From Bugula neritina (lineage: Eukaryota; Animalia; Bryozoa), in contig OZ037770.1 of assembly GCA_964035545.1 (NCBI GenBank), positions 6,458,729 to 6,522,728 on the forward strand: a DNA stretch of 64,000 nt. Direction: 5' to 3'. Under the pieces are notes generated by a model, which worked only from the letters and a program-made list of their open reading frames with translations, was not told the origin of the DNA and did no database searches. Both the position numbers and the translations under genes were made by a program. Of the stretch, positions 15,895-30,387 are shown one piece after another. Each line of letters opens with the position of its first letter. Position 1 is the stretch's first letter.

Positions 15895-18800
15895 ACTACT
15901 ACTAGTGATGGATTACAGATCCTTGGCGATTTTTGCTGTGAGTGACCTTCACCTCACATTCTCGTCATGTGCGCGGCATTAGACTAAGTAGAGGGTATGA
16001 AGCACCTGCACTGAGCTGGAAAAGAAAGAATATATTTTAATTATAGGTAATACTAATAGTAATATAATTTATGGTAATATATAGGTAATATTATTGAGTT
16101 CATTGGTATGGAGTATAGACCTATCACTGATAGTATCAGTATCAACTACCACTTACGTACTACTTCAACTTATAACTTACCTTCAGGCTTCAACTCAAAC
16201 TCAAACTGAAACTCAAACTGCTTGGAATCATTTGTCTTTGATCATATTGGCATTGTCATTGTGATTGTAATAACTATTAATATTTTTAGTTCAACATCAA
16301 TGCCGAACATATTGTAATAACTAATAAGATAATCATAAGGTTGATATATTTTGCTAATACTAATACTAATACTAATAGTTATAGTAATACTAATAGTTAT
16401 AGTAATTCAGTGTCACTCTCACTCTGGTGGAGTGAGACTCAGACTTAGAGTTAGAGACAGAGTGAGTCCGAGTAAGTCTGAGTGTTGGTAATAGTAATAG
16501 TCATATAAATTTAAATTATATTTACTTATTTCTAGCAATCACAATGGCAATAGTTATAGTAACTTTCACTTACTCTTAAATCATTGAACCTGAACTAAAA
16601 GTAAAATTAAGCATTATGATTATACCTATGATTTTATTATGTTTAAATTAAAAATCAATATCATGATAATATCATAGTGATAGACATATTATTGATAAAT
16701 GATAATATAAAAGTAATTTGATAAATTATACATTGATTTTGAATTAAGGTGATACTGATACTAGACCGGTACTGAAAGTGATAGTAATACTAATAGTAAT
16801 AGTAATAGTCATATAAATTTAAGTTGTATTTACTCATTACCGGCAATCACAATGGCAATAGTAACTTAAACTGTAACAGTAATGGTATGGGTATGTTTGA
16901 AATTGTCACTATCAGTATTGCTATGAATCAAAATATAATGCTATCATACCAATAATTTAAAATAATATTACAAAGCTTCAGTAGCAACTTTTACTTGTAC
17001 CAGTTTGGAATTTTGAATTATACATATTCTTAGTTAAAGTCTTCAAGTTTATTGTCAAAATGAACTTGAAATTAAAGACTTAGTAGTAAAAATTAAACTA
17101 AGACTGACTGTAAGTGACTAAGATTAAAAATAAGTAATTTTAAATACCGATTTAGTATTTTTCTTACTCTTTGTCTTAAAATTGACTTTTATTTTGCACC
17201 TACTCCTGGTCAATGATTCTTTTTTCTATTTATATTACTATTGCTATTAGTATAATTGACTTAAATTTAATAATAGATATGATTATATCTTTATAAATGT
17301 GATATTTGATTTTATGAATAGTAATTCAAAAACTCTTTGGTATTATTTATTTTTGATCATTGTAGTTATTATCATTATATTTGTATAATAATTATGATTA
17401 TCAAATTCAATATCGATATTTGTATTATGGTATGGATATCTGCCTCCATCCCATGTTCTGTTTTGCAGTGCCTTTTTACATTCACGTCTAGGTTCACATT
17501 GCGATGGTCATACTGATAGCACTTGGGGACAGTGATGAGCATAATGATTATCACTAATATTAGGATTATCGTTATTAGGATTTAGAATAATTTAATAAAC
17601 AAGCAACTTAAAACAAATGTTTTTACTAATATACATATTAATTACTAATATAAATATACTACTATGAATATTATAATTATTATACTTTACAATTCAAAGT
17701 AAGATAATCATAATACGAACTGGTAAAACTAAATATAAAGTAAATGTAATAATACTAATAGTAGTTATCCATTCCCCTTTGGTTTCACATACTAATAATT
17801 GGAAACCTCTGTCCTAATTTTATTTCTATTAATATTGCTCAAAGTTTGATCCCTATTTAATTTTATAGTTCACTCACCAGCTACATAATTTTATTAAAAT
17901 ACATGTGGTATTGGTTATAGTACTAGTGAAACTTGAAGTTGAATAGCATGCTTATTACTCACTGCTTTTTGCTTACATTATTAGGGTTACTCTTTAGTCT
18001 TAAAGATACCCTAACATAAACTTGAAAGCTGGAGGTAGTACTAGTCTAGTGCTGTGTTAATCCTACACTGTTGACTTATCAACACTGTGACTATAATTAT
18101 GACTCCTAAGTCAAAGTCATTTTCATATAGTAGTAATCACTATGACAGACTGAAAGTCAGGAAGACTAAATATAATGGTAAAGTGTGTAAGAATAAATCA
18201 TACTTAATCAATTACTTTTAGTTTTGTTACCAGTGTTGGGTCAACTTTCAGAATAAAGAATAAATATAATTATAAAGATAAATGGATAAAAATTCCAATC
18301 ATGGTTTAATGTGCCTATTTTAAGCTGTTAATTTAATTACTATAATATAAGTGCTCAAAATACAACTTTTGATTTTCATAATTATGTTTTAATTTAATAC
18401 AGATACCATAGTATCATATACAGTAGAATCAGTTGTATCTTATTTAATAATGAAGTAACTTATTGGAGCTTTCACAGTTATTAATTATTTACTTGTTAGT
18501 CTTTGAACTGGGACAATGTTTGAAACTTGAAGTAGAATGAAGTTTGATTTCATTTACCGCAATGGTATCTGCAGTCACAATAGGAATACGCATATAACTA
18601 TGTTTATATTTGTGAAAAATATATAGTCAAAGCTAGATAAGGTAATAGTAATTATAATTGGTTTCACTTTTAATATATTCCTATAAACTGGAAAATAGAC
18701 AGAAGCATTTAATCATGAAAGTAAACCTAGTGGAAGTAAATCAATTCACTAAGTATAGTAAAATATTTACTATTCAGTAAGTTTATTTACTTTAGTTAAT

Positions 18801-19842
18801 TGTACTTGATTATTTCTGTCGGTTTTTCAGTTGATTTTTCTACCTTTTGCTATAGCATATCAAACTACCACAAAGTCAAGCTTCCGTATTACCATTATAA
18901 ACATAGTGTTACTGTGTAATGTTATAGTAATGTAATAGTAATATTTGGATCATTGTAAGTATTTCTGTTGTTGTACTGATTGATAAATATTTTTTAGCTT
19001 GCATGGATATTTGCAACGATCAAGATGTCATTTGAACCTGGACTGGAATAAAGATGGCAAATCGAGAAGCTAGCTACAATTATTCTGCAGAAAGAAACTT
19101 GGTAAGCAAAAATAAGCTGCAGCATTAAGCAGTAAGCAATATGACGATGAACTTTGCTTGATTTTGATTGACCTTAAAATATCTGGTCACCTTTCACCAA
19201 CGTGGTCCTGCGCGGGTGGCGGGTGACCTTAAAATGTCTGTTGCACGTAAAATAAATTTTGTGACAGTCAAAAGTATGCTGATCTTTTTCGTATTTCAGT
19301 GCATCGGTGTCTTAGCTTAAGAGCTGAACCCAACAATTATAATCTAAAGCTGTTTTTTACTAGAAAGTGATTTTACTGTCTTTCTGATTATTCTTGGTTT
19401 TTCAGCTTGATGAATTGAATAAATGGATTTGATTTAGGGTATTATGCAATGGATGAAAGAAATTTTTCTTAAATTTGTACTGAGCAATTTTTGCTATTGC
19501 TATGATGTTTAGTGATAAAATTGCACCCTTAATAACCCTGAAAACTTTCATTACTAGCATTTGTTTATGTTCATTTTTAGGAAATTAAAATGAAGACACA
19601 ACTCACCGATGCTATCTCACTGTGCCTGCATGCAGTTTATCTAAAAAGGTACTCCTATTAGCTCGCTCTTGCCCAATACCTGGTTGTCTCTGTAACTATT
19701 TTTTGCTCGCAGATGATTTTTTTGAACTTGACATTTTATTGATTTTGAAAGTTATAGTGAGCTTTGAACTTGCTAGCATCGTTTTTAAAGACTTGCTGCA
19801 GTTTTTATCAACATTTTTTAAGTCAATGGTGTTAATTTGGAA

Positions 19843-20147
19843 GCTCTCTCACTCCTCTCTCTGTCTCTTTCTCCCACACCTTCCACTCAACCTCTCTCTC
19901 TTTCTCCCCGTCTCTCCCACCCTCCCTCTCTCCCACCCTCCCTCTCTCCCATCCTCTGTCTCTCCCACCTTCTCTCTCTCTCACTCTCCGTCTCTCCCAC
20001 CTTCTCTCTCTCCTAACCTTTCTCTCTTCCCTTTTCCACTATCTCTCTGACTCTCTCCCTTTCTCTCTTCTACCCCATCTCTCTTCCATCCTCTCTCCTA
20101 ACCTTTCTCTCCCACCCCCCCCCCTCTCCCACTCTCTTTCTCTCTCT
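19843..20147 (+). repeat. Polypyrimidine (CT-rich) low-complexity tract
   Basis: About 300 bp almost exclusively C/T with recurring tctctcccacc units. Confidence 0.95.
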
Positions 20148-21149
20148 AGTTTGCATGGCTTTACCCAATTTTGGTTTATTTTTTTATTTTGTTTCAGAGT
20201 ATCCAAAAGGAAAGCTAAAATTTATTTAATATATATTATACCAACTTGAGCTTTACATATAATATCAAATAAATGCTGTGTTTTGTTAAAACAATGTTTG
20301 CAACTTTGTAGTATATTCAAATTCATAATTTATTTGTAGAGTCACACAACAAGACACTACTCTGACACACTCACAAGTTGCCACTGATCCAGCAGTATAG
20401 ATGATTGTTTTCTCCACTGGCTATGCTGTCACGCTTTACTGTTGTGGTGTTTGAAACAAACCAATTGTTTGCCTACGCAGATTAGGGTGAGAAAAAAAGT
20501 GAGAAATGAAAGCTGTTTTTAATACCAACTACACTTAGTTTTTATTGAATGAAAAACAAAGTGAAATCATTAGTTATCCGTTAAATGACTAAATCATTGT
20601 TTATAAAGATGAAACACAAATAATCTTATAATATGCTAATGAAATTTGGCTTTCGAATAGCTTTTTTCTGTATATTTGTTGAGGAAGTTTATCTTCAACA
20701 AAACTTCGTAGCTGTTGAATATGTGGAGAGTATTTTATATTGCATAAATTTATAGAGTAAAAGGTTCTCATCAAACGTTTACAACTTAGCTCATCGACGG
20801 TTTAAAAGTGTGAGTCACCCTTCACACTAGAGTTTTATAAAGTTTTAATGAATGTGCAGTATTTTATAAAATATTGTGTGTCTCGTAAATTTAGCTATTT
20901 CTACCTTTTCAGTGAGATTGGAGTAAACACACCTCAAAATTCACATCTGGTATCACATTGATTTATCGCAAGTCAAAGTACACCTACTAACTCGTCCTTC
21001 CTTAATACCTGCTTGCTTTTGCACTTCTACTCATTTCATATACCTAACATTTCTCTTGCAGATGAATTACATCTTTTAAGTTGTAAAAGCCTTAAATAGC
21101 ATGAAATTAATGAGGTTTAAACCGTGGCCACACTAACTATTGATGCGTT

Positions 21150-21850
21150 TATTGATGGGTTAAATTACACGAAAATATTGTCTCTTTCTTTTTAGTTTCA
21201 CCTAAAGTATTACATACTATTGATGGAGGCTTTGCTGAAGTTTTTGGGTGATGATTTGTCAATAATTTTTCAGAGAAGATGATGCCACGGTGGCTGGCAT
21301 CATTATGCAGTTTCCAAATTTCTTTCGGCTTTGCTCTAGTGAAAATGTTGGAAAACAATCAACAAAAAGGTTTGTACCATAAACGAAGTTATTGTGTGCG
21401 TGTTGTCAAAGCATAAAGTGTGCTGGAAATTTTTGGGTTTCTGTTGAGATGCGTTTTTGCTTTTCCTGCATGAAAAAAGTTCCAGTTTCAGTTAATATCA
21501 CTAGCGGAGTGCCCACCTATATTTTAAATCATATTGATGCATAAGTTCTTTTTGTAATATTAAAAGTATAACTTGCTTAATTGCTATTCAATGCCCTTTG
21601 AAGTTTCCAACTGTAATTAATTAGTTGATTTGGCAGCATAGTACCGATGATTGATGAAGGCAGCCGATATAATTATAAGCATAAATATCTATATCTACAT
21701 GAAGATGTCATTCCCAATGATTGTTATTCTGAAATCAGCTGATTAAGTTATCACAAACTAAACATTTTGACCAGCGGCTTGCAATGCAACTCGGTGAAAT
21801 TTCAGACCTAGGTAAATTGAATTTCTTACTGAAAATCGTGAAGGTATTAA
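21150..21850 (-). mobile_element. Possible very degraded DNA transposase relic
   Basis: Only short motifs (SRWSKCLVCDNL ~21750-21790; STLY..DNT ~21400-21430) in broken frames. Confidence 0.2.
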
Positions 21851-24370
21851 AGTTTAAAGTGAAAGTTTAAAGGGTCATCTCTCTGCGAATTCTAATAGCA
21901 TGGTGCCAATTAGACTTGAAAAATTTTCAAGGCACTACAAAGCACTAAGCCCATTCTTACAAGTAGTTTCAAAGTGCACTGGAATTTCAGTTTACTTGTC
22001 ATTGTATAGAATCCTGATCTACACTATATAGCATTCACTATTGCCTGCTTCTTCTAAGCATCTATAATGTATTAACTACAGTTTGCTTTGAGAAGTGAAT
22101 TTCTACTTGGTATTTTTTCCTTATCGTTCCGTTGTTTGCCAGTAGTCTTAATTTAATGGATTTTCCCTTTTCAAAAGTGGTTGTGACAATCAAAACACAT
22201 CATGCAGCCTGCAACTACACAATCAGTCAGTAATTTCTTCCATTAAAGTAGCTCTTCTGGTTACTCTTGCTCACCTAAAAGCCTGAGCCTCATTCAAATT
22301 GCAATTTTTTAGAGTTGTTAGTTTTTCATGCAGTCTTTCATTTTTTTTTGTTAGGCACAAAATTAGTATTCACTAGACCTAATCTTTCATCTGCATGTAT
22401 GCCTATTGTTTGTTCATTAAAGAAAAACCTCTGCTGAATATTGAACTAATAATGAAAATAAATTCCCTAAACTAAAAGTAGCAGTGTGATTTTGGTATTA
22501 CAATTAGTTGTTAGCATAGAGTCAAGTTATTGACAGGAATTTTCAAATTGAAATGAATGAATTTCATTGTAAGTCAGCAAGATTTAGTCTAAGTAAACAT
22601 AGCATTACATCGTGTTTTATTTAGCATTTGCAGAAGGCAACATATATTTTAAGGATTATTGTAAACTTAAATGTAATTTTAAGTACTTTCCATGTTTGTT
22701 ATTGTAGATGGTCTTGTTCTTTGGGATGGATGTGACAACTCCTTGTGTCAAGCTTAACTGATTGACTACTGAATCCCAATCATATGTTTTGCCAAAAAAT
22801 GTAAAAATGGAGTGCATGTCTACTTTATTTGAGAAAATATTAAAAATACTTTTGAAACTTCATCTAGCCAAACAATACAACAGTTTCATTTCATTAAAAA
22901 ATATCATTTGCACAAAAATGTATTATGTAATCGAACAATTTCTAGAAAAAAAGTGCTTTCCTCCAGTTTTGCTAATGAACTACATTTTTCATTATATGCT
23001 TGTCTTTATAATTTTATTAATTGTTTTTTCTGGTGAGTCAATTAAAGTCAATTCAACCTAGAAAAGTCTGAATTTCAGACTTAATTTCAAGCTAGAATAT
23101 TCACATTTTTAGGTCTGCGTTTGCAAACATTGTTGTGTTACTTTACTTTTTATATTTTTTGCAATAAATATCTTTTTAGCTTGTGCCTATTCATGATTAG
23201 AATAGTATAATAATATTTAACTTTTCTTCAATTTCAATAGATGAAAATGTTGATCAGTTGGAGTATTCAGTTTAGCTGAATTTTACTTTCTTCTGCGAAA
23301 ACAATCTTTTGGAGTTGTCTGCCCTCTCTTTAGGTAATTTTTTGACCTATGGTCAACGCAATAATTATAACTTTTTAAAGATGCTTGTGAACCTAACAAT
23401 ATAGCATAACTATCAAACCACATTATTCAATATCTGCATAAAATTTAGCCGATAAGCTGCCACCCAATGAGCTTGAAAAGATATTAGAATTCTAGCTCAG
23501 TGCTGCCATCAATGTAGATATTTATAATGATATAAAGCCAAAACTCATTATTGCATGAAATTATCTAACCATTCCTGACAAAGAATCGAGATAATAACTC
23601 CAAAGTTGGTCAGTTGAAACCACAGCAATAATACTTTAATCGTTATAATTGTCAGGTTTAATTTTATACCAAGCCCCAATAAGTACATATAACTATGACA
23701 ACACAGCCTAAGCACCTCCAATGCAAGAAATTTAGTATTGTGGTGCTGCAAATCCTCCAGTTACAAATGAGTAGAGCTTTCATGATTATTGGTATACCAT
23801 AATGTTTATTTAGTTTTAAGGACTAGCATAAATGCTATTATATGCGGGAGGTATTTGAAAAGCTTCCAACTCCATCTTCAACTACGGGCTATTATAATTA
23901 TGCCGATAAACGAGATACTACACTCAGACTGCCCTGTTATAGTACTATGATTGGCTACTGCAAAATTTTTGCTGATAGACAACATTTAATTATGATGTAA
24001 TGTATCTCGTATTGGTACATAAGTGTTATGTCTGAGGACGAGATACTGTGAAATTATGCCCTGATTAAAACAGGGGCCCAACAAAATCTTATGTTTTCGA
24101 AAACGACAGATGACCTCATCAATCTTCTGTTGAACTTTCAACTCTTTCAAGCAAGGAGAAGTGGCAGTATTATGCATTGTTGGCACAGTAAAAATTGTTA
24201 AGTTTTTTATGGACATAACATCGGCCTCACTGATAGTATCTACAGAATTAGAAAATACTTTAATTTGCAGTAACCGTTTTTTTTATAAAAATGTGTTCTG
24301 TTTTATATTTAACCTTATGAAGGACATTTCAAATTTCTGAGCATGTGCATGAATTTTTTTAAACTTAATA

Positions 24371-24582
24371 GAGCCATTTTAATTAATTTACTACAGACAG
24401 GAAATCTACAGTTTTTAATTAGTTTAATTACAACATAAAAAATAATCTTAAATATTCAGTTGCATTCATGGATGTTTTATTCGTTTAGGGCAAGAACCCA
24501 TAATATAAATTAGCAGATATATTGTGAAAAATAACTAAAAACTGTTGATTTCCAGTGTGTACTAAGTTAACTAAAATGACCT
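24371..24582. mobile_element. Short internally deleted copy of the same palindromic MITE family
   Basis: gccattttaattaattt..ggaaatctacagttttta left arm; taaaaactgttgatttccagtgtgtactaagttaactaaaatgacct right arm. Confidence 0.6.
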
Positions 24583-24804
24583 AAAACAACTGAAAATTAA
24601 ACTACAGGTTTAGGATCATTATTGAAATCTTCTCTAAAACCAATAATATAACTTCTGAACTTCTTATAAACCCAAAAAACAGCTACCACTTTTTTCTCAG
24701 CTATATCATGTCTCTTCTCGATGGTGCTCAGTTCACAAGAAGCAGGGCAGACCAGGTGTAACTCACCATTGCTCAGAACATTGAAACGCTTCAGTGTAAA
24801 AAAA

Positions 24805-25220
24805 AGTCATTTTAATTAATTCAGTACACACAGGAAATCTTTGGTTTTTAGCTCTTTTTTTACAATTTAGCTGCTAATGAACATGTGTTTTTGCATGAAA
24901 CTAGCAAAATATTAATAAATACGCCTAAAGAATCAATGTTCTTCTTAATTTTGCTTGATTTCTCATGTTTTTTTTTAGTATTTAGCTATTGATGATTGCA
25001 GATTGCTATTATTTGTTCGTAACTGCCTGCAATAAAAATTACCTAAATAAAAAAGAAGAATTATGAGAAATCGAGCAAAATTAGGAAGAACCCTAATTAT
25101 TTATACGTGTACTTATTAATATTCCACTATTGTTGAACAACAAACTCGTGTTCATTAGCAGCTAAATTGCATGAATTAGCTAATAACCAATAACTTTTCA
25201 CGCTGATGACTTTAATTAAT
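24805..25220. mobile_element. Second copy of the palindromic MITE family seen at 6709-7105
   Basis: Shared ttagctgctaatgaaca / tgttcattagcagctaaa arms and ttcttcttaattttgcttgatttctcat. Confidence 0.75.
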
Positions 25221-25879
25221 GAGCAAGTTCAATGCTGCTATGTTTTTAACTAGCTTTTTCAATACACCACATAAACATATTATGACATATCACAGTTTAT
25301 GTATTGGGGTTACCGGTTTTTCTAATGTCTATTTGCTTAAACTCATTATACACATTTATGCCATAGCAATATATAAGCCAGTTGTTTTTCTATCACTGTC
25401 TATTTACATGTATTTTATGTCAGTTACTTGTTAGCATTAATACAGTACAGTCATACAATCTACTCGGCAGCCAATCTTACTCATACAGGTTTAATCTTAA
25501 TATTTACTCTAGTTTAACAAACGAACAAAAAATGCAACAATTGTTGTCAGAAATGGGATAATTATATATAATGATAATATTTCTGAAATAAAAAAAATTA
25601 TAGCACAACTTGTAACAACTATTCAGCAACAACAGTAGTAGCGGATGTAGCAGTTTATTTAAATACTGAGACAAGTTACTACAGATGCAAAGCCTGGTGA
25701 ATTGACTGCTCAAAATTATTCTGTGACTGTGCCTAGGTCTGATTATTATAACAGAGACAAGGAATCATGGACTCGGTGTTTACAGGGCCTTAGTCAACAT
25801 TTTACCGTTCACAACGTAACTGACAATGAGCAAAAATGAGCTTGTCTGCTTTCATGAATGACTCAAAGGAAACAACTAC

Positions 25880-27235
25880 CATGTGAGTTAATAATCTAGC
25901 CAGTAAGTTTAGCATATATTTTTCCAAAACAAAACATGTGCAAGAAACTAGATCTTAGTTTTATAACTGTAAAATGCAGCCTAACCAGACATACTCAGAT
26001 TGGGCAGTTGATTTACCAGGTCTGGCTTCTAACTGAAATTGTATTTGTAAAAAGGAAGGCTGTAGTGAAATTTATATCAATGATCAAATTCAAGACATAC
26101 CTAAATATTAAGAAAATCTACATCAACATGCTGATGTACGTAGAGAATGCTTATTTAAACCAGATCTTACATTGGAAAATGTGCTAAAGAAGGTAGCTAC
26201 ATACATGCAAACTGCAGAAACTGAGAAAGTTTTGAAAAGTAAAACCTGTACACCTGTTACCACAAATAAAATTTCGTCAACATACAAACATCAAAACAGA
26301 AGTAGTCAGGGCAGGGAACCACTAAGTCTGCAAGTCTAAAAACCAGGCTATTGTTCCGATGCAGCCTACAAAATTGAAACTGTCCTACAACGCCACAATC
26401 GTAAACAGTGTCCTCATCATAACAAACAATATAATCTGTGCAACAACGCAGGACATATCTCTAGGGTTTGCAAAACCCTTCACCATCAAGTGGGAACAAC
26501 TCTCATGTCGTGTAAAAGTCTTCAAATGTTGTTTAAAATTTATATGAACACAAGGGGAAAGAAATATGGATTAATACTAATGTGAACGACAAATACAATT
26601 TTAGTTGGCCCCAGACTATGGTGGGAAACAAAAGCTACAAACCCCTACGCTCTCTGCCTATCACCAGACACGACACTTTATTTATATTTATTCTATTAGT
26701 CAGATTACAAAAAGCAATTTTTAATTAGTATAATAGTACAATCAAATAAAGGTGTCAACTTACTAGGTGTAGAATGAAGTGACAGTTTGGGACTAACCAA
26801 ACAGGGTCTATCTGCTGTAGACAGTGACACTGATGTTACTAACGTAGTACACAATGTTGATACCAAGAATGAAGTTCCCAAAAAAACAAAGTATCCTGAT
26901 TTTTTTCAAATCATCATTAGGCTATTGTAAAACATTCAAAATACCATGGGAATACATGCATTTAAATTTCTCTGGACCTTTTAGAAACAAATCGGGTGAT
27001 CTGTATTGATGATTGTTTGAAATTTTCATGTATTAGACAAATGGAAATAGGACAAACTACTTTTTGGCAAGCAGTACAAGTATTGAAGGATATCTTTGCT
27101 ATAGAAGGTTTACCTGCTACTATATAGTTACAGACAAAGACCCACAGTTGTTTAGCCAATAATTAACTAATATCTCTGCAACAGTTTCTACATCGATCAT
27201 GTCACGTCACCTCCATACCACCTCAATTTTATCTC
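25880..27235 (+). mobile_element. Highly degraded, internally deleted Gypsy (Mag-like) relic
   Basis: gag knuckle HNRKQCPHHNKQYNLCNNAGHISRVCK (~26395-26475); integrase QVLKDIFAIEGLPATI..TDKDPQ and IDHVTSPPYH (~27075-27222). Confidence 0.7.
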
Positions 27236-28890
27236 ATAGTTTCATAAATTTATTTGAGAAATTACATCTAGCTGCTATGTCGTTTAGTGATTTAATGTGC
27301 TGTCCATCTGTTTTTTCTAAAATTTTGCTGACATTGCCTAAAGAATCGTGCTATTTTCTGTGACACGTACTTATGTGATATAGAAATATTACTGAAAAGC
27401 TCCAGATACCTTCTGATAGTTATTGGCTTTTTTATCCGACAGAGCTAAGCTGTTAAACACTTTCATGTTTATTTTTCATGCAATAGAGATAGCTGTCAAC
27501 CTGAAACAGTTCTTCCTGATTAAGCTGATTAAGGCAACTCTAACTAGCAAATAATTTTGCCAGACTAGAAAGATTAAAATCAATTTTTTTAAGGAGACTA
27601 AACTTTGCCATAACAAACAAATTCACTTTAATTAGGTAAAAAACAATAACTAATAAATTTTACATAGTTTCAGCAACATGTACTAGCTGCCATGTAATAT
27701 GATAAATGTGGATGGGGTAGATTACGATTTGTTATAACAGGAATAAGAACAATTAGTACTTGATATGGCAAATGATCTCATCAAACTAAAAGCAAACCCA
27801 AGCTAGTAAAAGTGTAGAAATGTCACGAGTAGTGTGGAAGAAACACGTAAATTCTAGAGTTGCCTTTTCTTATATTGTTGATTGCCTGATTTCTTTTTTC
27901 TAATCTCATTTTTATAGACTTATGTAACATGACCATGTAATTTATTCCTGTCCAAAATTTTGACTGCCAATTTTCAGGCTTCCAATAATCGGACCATATC
28001 AGGCTCCTTTTTTTGTCCACTTTTTCTTTTGTTCTGTTAGTATAAAAGCAGGCCAATTCCCAGTGTAGAATAAGCCTACTGCTGCAGCTCAAGTGATACA
28101 CACTACCTACTGAAAAATATTAAAATAATGATTGATAATTTTAGCAACGACAACACCTCTTGCTCTTCTCATATTGAAGTTATGTTCCACACTTAACTAC
28201 AAACGGCCAAGAGCCTGCAAGCTACGGTACCTGAGCTGCAATGCGACCAGGCCAACAGAAGGGCTCTCCGATCAATGTTTGCCTCACGCAAATCTCTTGT
28301 TGGGGATGTGTTGGACTGGTCCATGCGAGAAGGCACTGTCTCAGGAGAGGAGGGTTTCCTTTGAACCACCGAGGCTCACCGTAACTTTCGCCAACCGTGG
28401 GCCCCAAGCCAGCTCCATTCAGAAAGGAAGCAGAATACAACCAGCAGCGCCTCTATATAATCTGCTGATAATGAGTGGCAGGCAAATCGCACACCTCAAA
28501 GACCGCAACGTCTACCTGATCCTCCGGTCCGATCACTTAGTACCCGGATAGAGTCGCAAGACGCAGCATGGCAGGCACCTCAGAAATCTTGAAAACTGCG
28601 AGGTCTACTAAGTACTTTGGCCTGGCCACTCAGTAACCGGTTCACTGAGTTGCCCGAGGAGGTCGTGGAGGAGGATTCAGTTTACTTGAAGAGTATTCCA
28701 AGCTACCCTCCTAACCTCAAAAAAACCTTGGTTGTCTCTAAGACGAAAAGGAAGTCCCCTGTTTAGGCCCAAATTGTGACTTCTTGAAAGAAAATCTGCT
28801 ATAAGGTTAACCAGGCGTATGGAAGCAGCTAGCCCCTGACCGGACAAATTTTAGGTAAAGCTGCCACCTTCCTACTAGACACTGGGTGCA

Positions 28891-29183
28891 TCAAGGGACA
28901 GCAATTTTTGAACAACAACAACGCCAAAAACGAGAGCACAATCGGTTGTTAAGGAAAAGCAGGGAGTTATGCTCTGTTACATACCCACCAGTGACTGACT
29001 CTAGTAATATTTGTCCTCACTGTGGCAAATTATGCCGATCTCGAATTGGGCTTGTGAGTTACCTCAGAACTTACAACCTCTAGTAGGATTTTACGGATTT
29101 TCGAACTGGAACGGATTACGGATCACGGCACAGACTAGGGCTTGCAAGCAGACATCATACTCGTCACACGAGGGATTGCTGAC
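28891..29183 (+). mobile_element. 5'-truncated RTE-like LINE 3' end nested in the Gypsy protease
   Basis: C-terminal CPHCGKLCRSRIGLVSYLRTY finger; 3' hairpin ctcgtcacacgag; 14-bp TSD agacactg(g/a)gtgca at 28877-28890 and 29184-29197. Confidence 0.85.
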
Positions 29184-30387
29184 AGACACTGAGTGCACTA
29201 CAAATCTGCTAAGTAGGCATTTATTTGACACTCTTTGACAGTCAACCGGTTGTTTAGGCCCAGAGAAGGAAAATGATGCAAGCCGACAGGTACAAGATCT
29301 TCTTGACCAGAACCCAATTAAGCCAGCCCACAGTGCGTGCAGCTCTACATTACTCCCGATCAAAAAAATATAGTAGCTGGAGGTTCTGTGTAGACTTCCG
29401 CAGACTCAACAGCGTTACCATCCAGAACGCCTACCTTCTCTCTCTCTCTCTCGAATAAATGAGTCCCTTGATGCCATTGCGGGTAGCAACTCCTTTAGTA
29501 CTTTGGATCTGCTTAGCAGGTACTTGCAAGTACCTCTCAGTCCTGATGCCCAGTAAAACATAGCGAGCATTACTTGCAACGGGCTCTGAAAAAAAAAGTA
29601 GCGCCATTCGGGCTTACGTCCGCCTCGGCAGCTTTTCAAGGACTTCCAGAGCATGTCCTCAGTGGCCTACACTGGAAGACTCTCTTAACTTATTTGGATG
29701 AAGTCATTGTAACCCCCCCCCCTCCACCAGAATTATGTCAGTCATCTGTGGGAAGTCTTTGATCGCCTCCGGGCAGCTGGACTAAAATTTTACCTTCCAA
29801 GTGTGCACTTCTGCAGCCGGAAATCACATGCCTGGGTCATGTGATTGGGAGTGACAAGGTCGCTATCAACCTGGAAAAAGTTGAAGCTGTGAAAAAGTGG
29901 ACTATTTCCCGTAATCTCCCTGTGTTGCGGGCATTGTTGGGCCTAGTATAGTACAACCGGCAGCACATACCTGGGTTTGCAGAGGTGGCTCAGCCGTTGA
30001 ATCAGCTAACTACCAAGGGGGTTCGGTGCTGAGAACTTTCAGGCTACAAACAGACCTTATGTGGCTGGGTAAACGTGCTGAGCCTTCAAGCAGGTAGCTC
30101 TTTGGCAATAGATTCTTGCTGAGTTCTTCTACCAGATAGAGCACCGTGCTGGCAGGAAACACGGTAACACCGATTGCACGAGCCGTCACCAGTGAAGAAC
30201 TGCTAGCAATGCCTGCAAGTTGAAAAGCGAGATGGGAGACCCGCTTGTCTTGACGCCGAAGCAAAGTTAGGGGAGGGCGCTGCATATCGATAGGAGCACA
30301 GCCATCTTCGGACCGGAATCTACCTAGTCGACGTCCAGGCACTTTGTTTTCACCCCACACTGTATCAGAACGCCAAGAAGCTGTGCA

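Noticed and set aside
19622-20050. 142-aa Leu/Pro/Ser-rich ORF
   Set aside because: Arises from the CT-rich tract; non-ATG start and no domain.
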